DNA of 59,756 nucleotides. Origin: Candidatus Saccharimonadota bacterium (GTDB lineage: Bacteria; Patescibacteriota; Saccharimonadia; CAILAD01; BJGX01). A program made the translations under genes and the position numbers. The DNA lies in NCBI GenBank assembly GCA_014191035.1, contig BJGX01000005.1:1-59756 (forward strand), read 5' to 3'. A model generated the notes under the pieces. The model ran no database searches. It saw only the letters and a list, made by a program, of their open reading frames with translations, and had not been told where the DNA came from. Positions 40,696 to 51,052 of this stretch are shown here, piece by piece; the stretch's first letter is position 1, and each line of letters opens with the position of its first letter.

Positions 40696-41711
40696 ATCTT
40701 AGCTATCTCCTTTGGTTTGTAATTGTGTGGGGCGTGTTCCAGCAAATTTATTAAACTCGCTTTTGGAAGCAAGCCTGCTTGTGCACCTAGTTTTTGAGCT
40801 ACACTCATCGGATTAATTGGTGCCCACATTAGTGCCGTTTTAATATCATGTCCACTTGCAAGGGCGGCAACAAATGTTGAAGTATAGGCATCTCCGCAGC
40901 CCGTTCTGTCATAAGGTTTTTTGGGGTCCGGATAGTTTCTCATGCTATAAACATTTGCACCATCACTTGCATAACTACCATTTGGGCCATCAGTTACTAC
41001 AACAATTTTTGGACCAAGCTTATGCAGTTCCTTTATTAAGGAAACAACATTTGAACTATTATTTCCGGTGATAATTTGAGCCTCCTCTAAATTTGAGGCA
41101 AATAGCTCAGTTTTGGCATAAAGATTTTTTAGCTTTTCTGTGCCCATTCTAATCTGGAATGTGCCCGGCTGAAAAGCAAGTTTTACTTCAGGATTGCCAT
41201 TTAAATACTCAACTATATCTGTATGTATATGTCCAGCCTTTTCACCGATTGAACTTAAATATATCCACCTGGGTGTATTTTGTTTGGGAATCTTTGGCCA
41301 AGTGTACTCGTAGGGCTCGTGTTTAATAAGAATCGTGCGATCTGCGCCATACCACAACACATAATGATAATTGCTCGCCATAGAATGATGTTTTTTTACA
41401 AATTCTACAGAAACTCCTTGAGTGGTCAATGCAACCAGCATATTCTCACCAACCTTGTCATCGCCTATATTAGAATAAAGAGCCGAATTGAGTCCAAGCT
41501 TGGCGAAGCAAACTGCTGCATTAGGGCTATTACCAACACCATCAATAACAGTCGAATTCTCAAATGGTATTTTAGTCCCATATGTCATACAAAGTAGCGG
41601 ATGATGCGACCCTGGGTTTTTAATACTTGCCTCATGAGGCAAAAGCTTTATAAATGCGTCTGTCACCACGTCTCCGACGCTCAAAATATCTATTTTATGC
41701 TCTCTGTTCAT
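40692..41711 (-). CDS. PfkB family carbohydrate kinase
   Basis: GNSPNAAV, VTDGPNGS, DRTGCGDAY. Confidence 0.9.
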   Translation of the reverse strand: MNREHKIDILSVGDVVTDAFIKLLPHEASIKNPGSHHPLLCMTYGTKIPFENSTVIDGVGNSPNAAVCFAKLGLNSALYSNIGDDKVGENMLVALTTQGVSVEFVKKHHSMASNYHYVLWYGADRTILIKHEPYEYTWPKIPKQNTPRWIYLSSIGEKAGHIHTDIVEYLNGNPEVKLAFQPGTFQIRMGTEKLKNLYAKTELFASNLEEAQIITGNNSSNVVSLIKELHKLGPKIVVVTDGPNGSYASDGANVYSMRNYPDPKKPYDRTGCGDAYTSTFVAALASGHDIKTALMWAPINPMSVAQKLGAQAGLLPKASLINLLEHAPHNYKPKEIAKI

Positions 41712-42670
41712 AATGTTTCTGTTTCTACCTTTAAAGTCCTTAGAGCTGGTTTTTTTAATATTGCGATTCTAGTCCCGAAAATTTCCATCACCGAACATGC
41801 ATTTGCACTAGCCATAGTTAAGGCCTGCGGAACACTCTTTTGTTGAAAAATTTCCGATACATAGCCAGCAGCAAAAGCATCTTCACTTCCAGTCATATCA
41901 AGTGGGTTAAGTTTTTTGTAGGTTGGAGCCATAAAAATAGTATCGTCCTCAAAAGCATAAGAATTACTAGTAACATCATACAACACTAATGATTGCACTC
42001 CAATGCCATTCAACTGCCTAATAATTTCGACGGGGCTATTTTCTTCACCAAAATACGCACTAGCAAGCATCAATGGAAACAATACTTTATTTGAATTAGC
42101 CAATACAAAATTAAACTGTCGCTTCTTGTATCCTTTAAGGTCCTTGATGTTTACATAAATTTGCGCCTTATTAACTTTTGCCCAATTACAGTAGTATTTA
42201 AAAATTCTAAAATCTTCAGGCAAATCAGCAAAATAAATTAATTTTGACTTCAGATTAGATACCTTTGCATCTTTCGCCCTAAGTGCAACAGAAGAATTGC
42301 TATAACCCAAGTTGATTTCGGTCGCTCTTTCAGTAACTATATGTATATTTAAATCCGTATGGTGCTCTGGCGTACTAACCATAGTTTCAGTTTGTACGCC
42401 CTCATGCTTTGCTATTATTTTAATTTGATTTGCAAGGTGGTCTTTGCCTGTTCGAGCCAAACAGCCGGCAGTTATTCCTTGCCTTGCAAAAAGTATCGAC
42501 GCGTTTAGGGCCGATCCTCCAGCTTCGTATATGGAATGGTCTATTTTATAAAAACTATCATTTTTAAGCTCAATATTATTTTCTACGGAAAACTTATCGG
42601 GCTTCAATTCTTTACCGCTTATAAAAATATCGAACCTTGCAGAACCAATGCACAAAATGTCTAAATCCAT
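41708..42670 (-). CDS. PfkB family kinase-like protein (degenerate)
   Basis: GGSALNAS; DMTGSEDAFAAG variant of DxxGAGD. Confidence 0.8.
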   Translation of the reverse strand: MDLDILCIGSARFDIFISGKELKPDKFSVENNIELKNDSFYKIDHSIYEAGGSALNASILFARQGITAGCLARTGKDHLANQIKIIAKHEGVQTETMVSTPEHHTDLNIHIVTERATEINLGYSNSSVALRAKDAKVSNLKSKLIYFADLPEDFRIFKYYCNWAKVNKAQIYVNIKDLKGYKKRQFNFVLANSNKVLFPLMLASAYFGEENSPVEIIRQLNGIGVQSLVLYDVTSNSYAFEDDTIFMAPTYKKLNPLDMTGSEDAFAAGYVSEIFQQKSVPQALTMASANACSVMEIFGTRIAILKKPALRTLKVETETL

Positions 42671-42673
42671 AAC

Positions 42674-43645
42674 TCAAACCTTTATTACTTCTGTAACTGA
42701 CTTTACCACAGAAGCGCTGTCTAGTTGATATTCCTTCCAAAGTTCAGAAATAGTTCCAGACTGTCCAAATCTATCCCTAACTCCTAGCCTAATTATTTTA
42801 GTTGGCTGATGCTCCGACAATAGTTCTGAAACAGCTCCGCCAAGCCCCGCTGTAGTCTGAGCTTCCTCAAGCGTAAAAACTAGGCCGGTTTTTTTTGCAG
42901 TTTTTATAATGGTTTTAGAATCAATCGGCTTTATTGTGTGGCAGTTTATAACTTCTACACTTTTGCCGATGTTGTTAAGTTCTCTAGCTGCCTTCAAAGC
43001 CTCATAAACCAATGGTCCGCATGCAACTATTGTCATGTCGTCCCCTTCTTTAAGGACTTCTGCCTTACCTATTTTGAATTCTGAATTTTCAGATGTAAAA
43101 ACAGCTGTTTTTTCTCTGGTAAGTCTTAAGTAGCTCGGTTTATCTATTTTTGCCAACTCTTCTGTAGCTTTTTTTGCTTCTAGGCTATCTGCTGGAACAA
43201 CCACAATCATATTCGGCAGAGCTCTCATTAATGCAATGTCTTCTAGCATTTGGTGAGTCGCGCCATCGGGCCCAACCGAAACCCCGGAATGGCAACCCAC
43301 GACTTTAACAGGCCTATCATTAAGGCAAATTGTAGTTCGTATTTGTTCCCAATTCCTACCCGGACTAAAGCTAGCATAGCTTGTTACGAAAGGCTTCTTG
43401 CCTATTGCTGCCATACCGCTAGCAACAGTTACTAAATTTTGTTCAGCAACACCCATCTCTACAAACCTATCTGGAAATTCTTTTGCAAAGGGCTCCACCT
43501 GGGTAGATTCAGCTAAGTCTGCTGAAAGTGCAACTATTTCGCTATCGTTTTTGCCTGCCTCTAAAAGTCCTTCCCCAAAACCCTTTCGAGTTGGCTCCAT
43601 TAATATGTCTGAGCCAAATATTTCTTCTGCTAAGTAATTACTCAT
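42674..43645 (-). CDS. Transketolase C-terminal subunit
   Basis: EMGVAEQN, GPDGATHQ; AGGAG SD before ATG 43645. Confidence 0.93.
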   Translation of the reverse strand: MSNYLAEEIFGSDILMEPTRKGFGEGLLEAGKNDSEIVALSADLAESTQVEPFAKEFPDRFVEMGVAEQNLVTVASGMAAIGKKPFVTSYASFSPGRNWEQIRTTICLNDRPVKVVGCHSGVSVGPDGATHQMLEDIALMRALPNMIVVVPADSLEAKKATEELAKIDKPSYLRLTREKTAVFTSENSEFKIGKAEVLKEGDDMTIVACGPLVYEALKAARELNNIGKSVEVINCHTIKPIDSKTIIKTAKKTGLVFTLEEAQTTAGLGGAVSELLSEHQPTKIIRLGVRDRFGQSGTISELWKEYQLDSASVVKSVTEVIKV

Positions 43646-44519
43646 GCTCACTCCTAATTTTTCCATTCATTGTTCTGAGCTTTTCTAAGGCAACTTTGGC
43701 TTGCCTATCTTTTGGAGGGTCCCCAGAAATATCCTTAGATCCCGGCGGGATTCCGTGCCAACGAAAATCAAATTCCATGAAATCCACACCCTTGCCCGGA
43801 ATAGTATGCGCGATAATGCATGTGGGTTTTTCGAAAATAGCTTTACTCTGATTCATTGCTGATACAATATCATCAAAATCATGACCATTTATTTCTATTA
43901 CATGCCAGTTAAATGATTGGTACTTCATTGCAAATGGCTCTAAAGGCATTACATCCTCGGTCATACCATCGATTTGGATATTATTTCTATCAACAATCAC
44001 GGTTAAATTACTTAGCTTATTTTTACCAGCAAACATAATTGCTTCCCACGTGTTGCCTTCTTGATGCTCGCCGTCACTGGTTAAACACCAGACTCTTTGC
44101 TGTTTTTCCTGGTTCATTCTTAAAGCAAGTGCCATACCACTGGCCTGACTTATTCCACTGCCTAGTGGACCACTGGTAGTTTCAAGTCCTGGTAGCCGTA
44201 ATCTCTCAGGGTGCCCCTGAAGTCGAGTACCAAATTTTCTTAGAGTTTTGAGCTCATCTATTTCGAAATATCCTGCCCTTGCCATAGTCGCGTAAAGTAC
44301 CGGATTGATATGTCCGTTACTAAGTACTACTCTGTCCCTTTCTGGCCACTCAGGATTATGTGGCTGATGGCGCAAAACCTCGAAGTATAAGGCCGTAAAT
44401 ATATCTGCCATACCTAGAGGCCCGGCGGTATGTCCGCTACCTGCCTCAACAAGCATCTTAATAATATCTTCACGAATGTGATTTGCGATTAATTCAAGCT
44501 CTTTATCTGAATGAATCAT
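43638..44519 (-). CDS. Transketolase N-terminal (TPP-binding) subunit
   Basis: GSGH, DRVVLSNGH, LQGHP, SDGEHQEG. Confidence 0.93.
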   Translation of the reverse strand: MIHSDKELELIANHIREDIIKMLVEAGSGHTAGPLGMADIFTALYFEVLRHQPHNPEWPERDRVVLSNGHINPVLYATMARAGYFEIDELKTLRKFGTRLQGHPERLRLPGLETTSGPLGSGISQASGMALALRMNQEKQQRVWCLTSDGEHQEGNTWEAIMFAGKNKLSNLTVIVDRNNIQIDGMTEDVMPLEPFAMKYQSFNWHVIEINGHDFDDIVSAMNQSKAIFEKPTCIIAHTIPGKGVDFMEFDFRWHGIPPGSKDISGDPPKDRQAKVALEKLRTMNGKIRSEHE

Positions 44520-45145
44520 AAGGTATACTCCAAAAGTTTCATGTAACTACTTAAAGGATCTTCGCTACCAAAAATTAATGTATTAATATTGACCACATCA
44601 AATCCAGCTTGCAGAATCTTTTTAGCATTACCTTCGTTAACACCGCCATCTAGGCCAATTTCTGCGTGCGGAAGCAATTCCCTTGCCTCTCCAAGCCTTT
44701 CAAAAACTATAGGATCTAATTTCTGACCCGCAAAGCCAGCACTATAACCCATAATCAACAAGTGGTCTACAAGGTGTTTTAGAGGCTTTATCTTAGAAAG
44801 TTTGGTTTCAGGGTTTATAGCAACCCCAGCGCTTAGGCCAGATTTTTTAATCCTTTCTAAATGAGGGGTTAAATCCTCGCCACACTCAAATTGAATAATA
44901 ATATTATTAGGGTTAAAACTAATTGCCTTTTCCACAAAAGTTTTTGGGGCTTTGACCATAAGATGAATATCTATCTTTATTTCATTTAGCTTAGATATGT
45001 CTTCCAGCTGAATTGTTTTATTATCTACATATTCTCCATCAATTACATCAAGCTGGAACCTGTTTGTTAGTTGCCTTATAACATTCAATCTAGATATATA
45101 ATCTTCTTTATTATTTACCAAAACAGCTGGCACAATTTTTGTCAT
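44516..45145 (-). CDS. rpe: Ribulose-phosphate 3-epimerase
   Basis: IVPAVL, LDVIDG, DIHLMV, AINPET, GFAGQ, DGGV; start at ATG 45145 overlapping the rpiB stop. Confidence 0.88.
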   Translation of the reverse strand: MTKIVPAVLVNNKEDYISRLNVIRQLTNRFQLDVIDGEYVDNKTIQLEDISKLNEIKIDIHLMVKAPKTFVEKAISFNPNNIIIQFECGEDLTPHLERIKKSGLSAGVAINPETKLSKIKPLKHLVDHLLIMGYSAGFAGQKLDPIVFERLGEARELLPHAEIGLDGGVNEGNAKKILQAGFDVVNINTLIFGSEDPLSSYMKLLEYTL

Positions 45146-45591
45146 AGCAACTCTCTTTCCATTTCTGATATTTCTTCGATTCTTCTTTTGTGCCTTTCTT
45201 CTCCAGAAAAGTTTGTATTCAGCCAAGCCCTAGAAATATCCAATAGCTCACGCCCGCTCAACTCTTTAGCCGACAGGCTTAAAACGTTGCTGTCATTATC
45301 TTTGCGCGTTTCAATAGCCTCTTCTGTTGAATCAACAGTTACCGCCCTAATTCCATTGATTTTATTAGCTGCTATAGACATTCCTTCTCCACTTTTACAA
45401 ATAAGAATGCCCATTGATCCAGGATTTTCTTTAACAGCTAAAGATACTTTTTTGGCATAAATCGGATAATCATCGTCTGGGTCAAGCTCGTATGGTCCCA
45501 TGTCGTGAATCGTGTAGATCTTTTCTAGTTCAGTAGCCAAGCGATTCTTGCTTTCAAATCCAGCGTGGTCGGCAGCTATAAATACTTTCAT
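45142..45591 (-). CDS. rpiB: Ribose-5-phosphate isomerase B
   Basis: AADHAG, DYP, ICKSGEGMSIAANK, RHKRR. Confidence 0.92.
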   Translation of the reverse strand: MKVFIAADHAGFESKNRLATELEKIYTIHDMGPYELDPDDDYPIYAKKVSLAVKENPGSMGILICKSGEGMSIAANKINGIRAVTVDSTEEAIETRKDNDSNVLSLSAKELSGRELLDISRAWLNTNFSGEERHKRRIEEISEMERELL

Positions 45592-45593
45592 AG

Positions 45594-46610
45594 CTACCTA
45601 GTTTTGGTACCGACTTTTTCTACAAGCTCCACCAATCGGTTAGAATAGCCCCACTCATTGTCATACCAAGCAACGATTTTAACTAAATTACCCCCAACAA
45701 CCTGTGTTAAATTAAGATCAACAATAGCCGAGTGAGGATCACCAATTAAATCACTAGATACCAATTGTTCAGATGTGCAGGCTAAAACGTGTTTCATTTC
45801 AGCGCTCTTTGAAGCGGCAATTAGAGCATTATTTATTTCTTCTACCGTAGTGTCTTCTTTAGTAACAATCGTAAAATCTGCAATCGAAACGACAGGAACC
45901 GGAACTCTGATACTTAAGCCTAAGAAATTATCCTTTAATGACTTTACTATTTTGGATGCAGCAACAGTGGCGTTCGTTGTTGTGGGAACAATATTCTCGG
46001 CTGCATTTCGACCCTCTCTCAAATCTTTACTAGGTCCATCCTGTAAAGATTGTGAAGCAGTATAGGCATGAACTGTTGTCATCAATGACTTTTCAATTCC
46101 AAATTCATTTTCAACTATGTAGGCAATTGGTGTTATGCAGTTTGTGGTACAAGATTGGTTGGAAATTACCTGCTCATCAGCTATTTGCTCTTCATTAACT
46201 CCAATTAGGAAATTACCCGCCTTAGGATTATTTTCTTCATTCTTTATTGCGGCAGAAACTACAACTCTTTTTGCACCAGCTTTTATGTGTAGTTGCGCAT
46301 CTTCGGCCTTCGTAAAAAAACCAGTCGACTCAATAACAACATCAATCTTCATCTTGTCCCAAGGAAGCTTACTAGGGTCCTTTTCTGCTAAGACCCGAAT
46401 TGTTTTTCCATCCACTATTAATGAATCATCGGTACTTTTAACATCTTTATGATAAGTTCCGTAATTACTATCATGCTTTAATAAATAAGCCAGAGTCTTT
46501 GTATCAGTTAAGTCGTTTATTGCGACCACATCCAGTTCGGGATTAGCAAAGGCAATTTTAAATGCACTTCTACCTATTCTGCCAAAGCCATTTATCGCAA
46601 CTTTTGTCAT
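45594..46610 (-). CDS. gap: Glyceraldehyde-3-phosphate dehydrogenase (type I)
   Basis: INGFGRIGR, SCTTNC, WYDNEWGYS. Confidence 0.97.
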   Translation of the reverse strand: MTKVAINGFGRIGRSAFKIAFANPELDVVAINDLTDTKTLAYLLKHDSNYGTYHKDVKSTDDSLIVDGKTIRVLAEKDPSKLPWDKMKIDVVIESTGFFTKAEDAQLHIKAGAKRVVVSAAIKNEENNPKAGNFLIGVNEEQIADEQVISNQSCTTNCITPIAYIVENEFGIEKSLMTTVHAYTASQSLQDGPSKDLREGRNAAENIVPTTTNATVAASKIVKSLKDNFLGLSIRVPVPVVSIADFTIVTKEDTTVEEINNALIAASKSAEMKHVLACTSEQLVSSDLIGDPHSAIVDLNLTQVVGGNLVKIVAWYDNEWGYSNRLVELVEKVGTKTR

Positions 46611-46673
46611 GCGCACTCCTTGATTCTTATGGTTATATTATAACAGCAATGGAGCCAAAATTTTTAATATTTT

Positions 46674-48308
46674 TTAATTTTTTGGAGGGTGTTTTGCGTT
46701 TGATAACATATCAACACTTATGTTTCTAGGCTGTTGTTGGTTTTTTTGAATTATGGGCTGATTGTCTATTGGGGCTTGGTTAAGTTCTAATGGACTGGTT
46801 ATTTTTGCATTTACGTATTTGCTGTGTTTATCGCGCCTGTTGTGATGATGCCGAATTGTGAAAAATAAAATTAATGTTGGCACAAAAATAAACAATATTG
46901 AAAAGCCAATGATTATTAAGTAAAGACTAGGATCAGTAGCTTCTTTGCCTTTCGATTTAGCATCTTGTGCCCTGGCAATAAAGTTATCAACCAATCTGTT
47001 CTGGGGATATTCTTGCTTTATTTTCTGAAAGTCACTCAGGGCCGAAGTGTAGTAGGCACTATTAAACTTTGACAGCCCTTGCTCCCAAAGTTTTTGATTG
47101 CCCGTGCTTTCACTGGGCACTTTTATACCATTTTTAATGAGCAAATCTTTAATATCCTGAATATCTCGCATATAGTTTATTTTGCTGGCCCCCAATGATC
47201 CGTCCGAAGTTATATATGTTGCCAAGCCAACTACCTCGCCATCAGAGTTATAAGCAGGACCCCCCGAATTTCCTTTTGCGATAGATACGTCGGTCTGAAT
47301 TAGCTTATTATTTGTACCATTAGCGTTTCTAATAGAACTTACTGTGCCTTGAGTTGTTGTGGGCAAACTCTGATTTTTGCTTACCAATTCATTTTCTGCT
47401 GAGCCAGGAAATCCAAGAACTGTGAGCTTACTTCCTTGGGTGACATTTAATAAAGAGCCGAGCCTATTAAATGGATAGTTTGTGCCTCTGTCGAGCTTTA
47501 ATATCGCTACATCAGAACCATTAAAACCCTCTTTGCTGACATTTTCGTAAGGGTCATAGTTTATATCGACCAATCTGGCTTTTATAACATTATCGTTGAA
47601 TCCAAAATTTTTGATGTTACCTAAATCAAAAGAAACCACTTCATCGGAAAGCTGAACAGCGTACACACTATCTGCGCTATTTTCTTTTACTTCTGTCTTT
47701 TCTAAAGCACTATCACTTAAAGAACCTTTTATTGCAGCAAGAGCGTCCTTGTCTCCTGATGCTGCCTTATTATAAAAGTCACTTTCAGTAGATTTACTTA
47801 TTAAGCCTGCCTTGTTTAGAAAACTTAGATAACTTTTTATAATTGGTAAATTTCCAAGATCAATACTGGTAGATAGTACTTCTCCAACAGAGCTTTTTAC
47901 CACGTGCCCATTGGTTGCAATATAACCTTCGGGGCTGACAATAAATCCAGAGCCATACCCCGCCGAACATCCACCCGAGAAATTTTCTACGGCACTATCT
48001 AGTTTTAGATTAAAGTTTGGACAATAAGCAGTCGCAATTCTTACTACTGCTGGCTCATTTTTTGCCACCAACTGACTATCATCAGCCTTCTGGTTGTAAT
48101 TGGTGCTCGAGTTGAATATATTGGCTGCTTCTTGAGCTTTCTTATTATTAGATGCCGATATATATAGGACTATACTTAAAGCGATGACCGTAAGGATAGA
48201 TAAAAATATAAATATTGCCTCCATTCCCCACAAAAATTTTGAAGGAGGCTTAGGGGCCTTATTAGATTCATTTTTACCTTCATAGCCTGAAGGTCTTTGA
48301 TTAAGCAT
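46674..48308 (-). CDS. Trypsin-like (S1C) serine protease with N- and C-terminal TM anchors
   Basis: GSGFIV, TNGHVV, SDVAILK, GNSGGP catalytic triad motifs. Confidence 0.88.
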   Translation of the reverse strand: MLNQRPSGYEGKNESNKAPKPPSKFLWGMEAIFIFLSILTVIALSIVLYISASNNKKAQEAANIFNSSTNYNQKADDSQLVAKNEPAVVRIATAYCPNFNLKLDSAVENFSGGCSAGYGSGFIVSPEGYIATNGHVVKSSVGEVLSTSIDLGNLPIIKSYLSFLNKAGLISKSTESDFYNKAASGDKDALAAIKGSLSDSALEKTEVKENSADSVYAVQLSDEVVSFDLGNIKNFGFNDNVIKARLVDINYDPYENVSKEGFNGSDVAILKLDRGTNYPFNRLGSLLNVTQGSKLTVLGFPGSAENELVSKNQSLPTTTQGTVSSIRNANGTNNKLIQTDVSIAKGNSGGPAYNSDGEVVGLATYITSDGSLGASKINYMRDIQDIKDLLIKNGIKVPSESTGNQKLWEQGLSKFNSAYYTSALSDFQKIKQEYPQNRLVDNFIARAQDAKSKGKEATDPSLYLIIIGFSILFIFVPTLILFFTIRHHHNRRDKHSKYVNAKITSPLELNQAPIDNQPIIQKNQQQPRNISVDMLSNAKHPPKN

Positions 48309-48332
48309 AATGTTTATGCTTATTTTATCACA

Positions 48333-48671
48333 CTACTTCTTGTGTTTGCTGTGTGGTTTACAGGTATTATTTGAGCAATCCGCCCCCTCTAAAAGCATAA
48401 TTATATCTTCTTTATCGTGAGCCCCGCATAAAGCCTGTTTGGTTTCAGTATTTACAAATGCCGGAACTCCAGGCAGTCCTCCACAAGCTTCTCCGATAAT
48501 ATCATTGTATTCTTCCATTTTTCGGGCGTTTTCTTCGTTATTCCAGACTTCTAGTTTTTCAATCTTTGCACCAGTTTCTTTTTCAAGCTCTTCAATAACC
48601 GGCTTCATTGCTATACAATGCGGGCAAGTCTCACCATAAAATTCTATTACATGACCATATTTTTTTGCCAT
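48333..48671 (-). CDS. Thioredoxin-fold protein
   Basis: FYGETCPHC, GVPAF; extra Cys residues. Confidence 0.85.
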   Translation of the reverse strand: MAKKYGHVIEFYGETCPHCIAMKPVIEELEKETGAKIEKLEVWNNEENARKMEEYNDIIGEACGGLPGVPAFVNTETKQALCGAHDKEDIIMLLEGADCSNNTCKPHSKHKK

Positions 48672-48728
48672 TTACCCTCCTTGGCGTTAGTTATGATACT
48701 AGTATAGTATTTTAAAAAATAATTACAA

Positions 48729-49394
48729 TTACTGTGCAAGTGCTTTATCTATAGCTTGCTCAATAGAGCTTGATCCGCTCTTGGTGTCTACCTGAACGCC
48801 ATTTACAAAAAAGCTTGGTGTGCCCTCTAGTTTGAAGGCGTCACCTAGTGCAGCCTGATTGTTAATAATATCTATAACCTTTTGGCTTGCGTAATCTTGC
48901 TTATATTGATCCACGTTTATTCCTATTTCTCTGGCGTAGCTTTCAAGCTTGCCCTTTGGATCTTTTAGTTTTTCCCATTCTTTTTGTCTCTCATAAAGAA
49001 TGTCGTGCATCTGCCAGAACTTACCCTGCAAGGCTGATGCTTCGGCTGCTTGTGCTGCAGACTGGGCATTGTCATGTATTTGAGGAAGTGGGTAGTTCAA
49101 AAATACAAATTTAATCTTCCCATCGTATTTAGGAAGAATGTTTTCTTTTAAGACTTTATGGTACTGAGCGCAGGCTGGGCACTGGTAATCCCCAAACTCA
49201 CTTAAAGTTACTTTGGCATCTTCGGGACCTAGGAAGTTGCCCTGGCTTAGTTTTGCTACATCTGCTTCAACCTTGGGCCGATTAGTATTTGTGGTATTAA
49301 CGCTACTTTCCGGACGGGACAAGGCATAAACAACAAAGCCTATGACAGCCACTATTAGAGTGATAATTATTATTTTGGGTAAATTCTTTTTCAT
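48729..49394 (-). CDS. DsbA/BdbD-family thiol-disulfide oxidoreductase
   Basis: TM anchor, FGDYQCPAC, QGKFWQMHD, GTPSFFVNG. Confidence 0.92.
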   Translation of the reverse strand: MKKNLPKIIIITLIVAVIGFVVYALSRPESSVNTTNTNRPKVEADVAKLSQGNFLGPEDAKVTLSEFGDYQCPACAQYHKVLKENILPKYDGKIKFVFLNYPLPQIHDNAQSAAQAAEASALQGKFWQMHDILYERQKEWEKLKDPKGKLESYAREIGINVDQYKQDYASQKVIDIINNQAALGDAFKLEGTPSFFVNGVQVDTKSGSSSIEQAIDKALAQ

Positions 49395-49472
49395 AATATA
49401 TCTATTCTACCAACTATTTATATAAGCTAAAAGCATAAGCTTTTGTGACACTTATGCTTCTAAAATTTTGAA

Positions 49473-49646
49473 TTAGTTTAATTTCGCTTTAACTTCAACG
49501 AAAGTTTCAACCTTGCGAGTTTTCGGGTCAAACTTTTTCATTTCAAGCTTATCTGGTGTGTTTAGCGTATTTTTTACAGTAAAATACCGGCTACCTGTAG
49601 CCTTATTCTTCAACACAACTAATTGTCGTTTGGTATTCTTTGCCAT
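49473..49646 (-). CDS. rpmG: 50S ribosomal protein L33, Cys-free form (not in ORF track)
   Basis: MAKNTKRQLVVLKNKATGSRYFTVKNTLNTPDKLEMKKFDPKTRKVETFVEVKAKLN. Confidence 0.92.
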   Translation of the reverse strand: MAKNTKRQLVVLKNKATGSRYFTVKNTLNTPDKLEMKKFDPKTRKVETFVEVKAKLN

Positions 49647-49675
49647 AATGAGTATGAATTATATCTTATAATCGA

Positions 49676-50209
49676 CTATTTTTCAAGCTTATTTGAAGCT
49701 ATCTCTACCCAATTTTTATCTTCATGATCCTTTTTATACAAACATACCCTATCGAAAGTATAGTTTTTATCAAAAACCAACCCCTTTAGCTCACTAATAA
49801 GTCTCTGAGCATTTTCGGAATCTAGACGGTTTACCAAGGTTAAATGAGGATGATAGGGCCAAATATCCGTTATATCTTGCAGTATCTTTTCTACTTGTGG
49901 CTTGTATAATTCTTTAATTTTTTCAAAATCTTCATGTTTTACTGGTTCAGAATAAACTGCATTATTTGAATGGTTCATGAAAGCTTCAAAATTTTTAAAA
50001 TTAACAGAAAAACCCCTATAGCCCGAGGCTTTTTTAAATTCTTTAATAGCATCGTCAATTGGTATTTTAAATTGACTGGGCCTGTAGAGTGTGATATGCG
50101 GGCCCAAGGTAATCTTCCAGCGTGGTGCAAAATCTTTGTATTTATCGCGCAGCTTAATAAATTCTTCAGATTCCGATTCTTTAAGAGGCAAAGCAATAAG
50201 ATATCGCAT
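49676..50209 (-). CDS. 2H phosphoesterase (2'-5' RNA ligase family)
   Basis: Two HxT motifs, PHITL and PHLTL. Confidence 0.85.
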   Translation of the reverse strand: MRYLIALPLKESESEEFIKLRDKYKDFAPRWKITLGPHITLYRPSQFKIPIDDAIKEFKKASGYRGFSVNFKNFEAFMNHSNNAVYSEPVKHEDFEKIKELYKPQVEKILQDITDIWPYHPHLTLVNRLDSENAQRLISELKGLVFDKNYTFDRVCLYKKDHEDKNWVEIASNKLEK

Positions 50210-51009
50210 TATAAGTCAACTTCAACCGAAACAGGACAATGGTCACTACCCATTTGTTCTGGATGAATTTCGGCAGCTTTAATCTTTGGCTTCAATGACT
50301 TACTGGCAAGCCAATAATCGATGCGCCAACCAACATTATTTGCCCTAGCATTACCCCAGTGCGTCCACCATGTGTAGTAGCCGTTGCCTTTTTTAAATAG
50401 CCTTAGAGTATCCACAAAACCAGCTTTAACAAAGTTATCTATTCCCTCACGTTCTTCAGTGGTATAGCCCTTTTTGCCTTCGTTTGGCTTAGGCCTGGCT
50501 AGGTCATCGGGTGTATGCGCGACATTTAAATCCCCACAAGCCAATACCGGCTTTTTCTTTTGAAGCAATTTGCAGTAATCCAAAAATGCTGGGTCCCAGT
50601 GATCGTGCCTAAGTGGTATTCTACTTAAATCATCTTTGGCATTTGGTGTATACACAGTTACTACATAAAATTTATCAAACTCAGCTGCAATTACCCGGCC
50701 TTCTGTGGAGCTATCGCGATCCTCATTATCAACTAAATGATATTTTTCAGAAATTTTATCAGGAAATCCATATTCAACACTGATAGGTTTAATTTTAGAA
50801 AAAATCGCAGTTCCGCTGTAACCCTTCTTCTCAGCTGAGTTCCAGTACTCTTCGTAGCCAGGCAAGTCAATTTCGACCTGGTCTTTATGAGCCTTGGTTT
50901 CTTGCAAACAAATTATGTCTGGGCTGTAATTTTTTAAGAACTTTTGAAATTCACCCTTTTTAAGTACTGCCCGAATTCCATTAACATTCCACGAATATAG
51001 CTTTATCAT
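50209..51009 (-). CDS. xth: Exodeoxyribonuclease III
   Basis: SWNVNGIRA, LQETK, GDLNVAH, GWRIDY, SDHCP. Confidence 0.96.
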   Translation of the reverse strand: MIKLYSWNVNGIRAVLKKGEFQKFLKNYSPDIICLQETKAHKDQVEIDLPGYEEYWNSAEKKGYSGTAIFSKIKPISVEYGFPDKISEKYHLVDNEDRDSSTEGRVIAAEFDKFYVVTVYTPNAKDDLSRIPLRHDHWDPAFLDYCKLLQKKKPVLACGDLNVAHTPDDLARPKPNEGKKGYTTEEREGIDNFVKAGFVDTLRLFKKGNGYYTWWTHWGNARANNVGWRIDYWLASKSLKPKIKAAEIHPEQMGSDHCPVSVEVDL

Positions 51010-51024
51010 TCTTTAATTATAACA

Positions 51025-51052
51025 AAAATAAACCTTTTTACAGGTTTATTTT
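51025..51052 (-). terminator. Intrinsic terminator
   Basis: AAAATAAACCT...AGGTTTATTTT inverted repeat. Confidence 0.7.
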
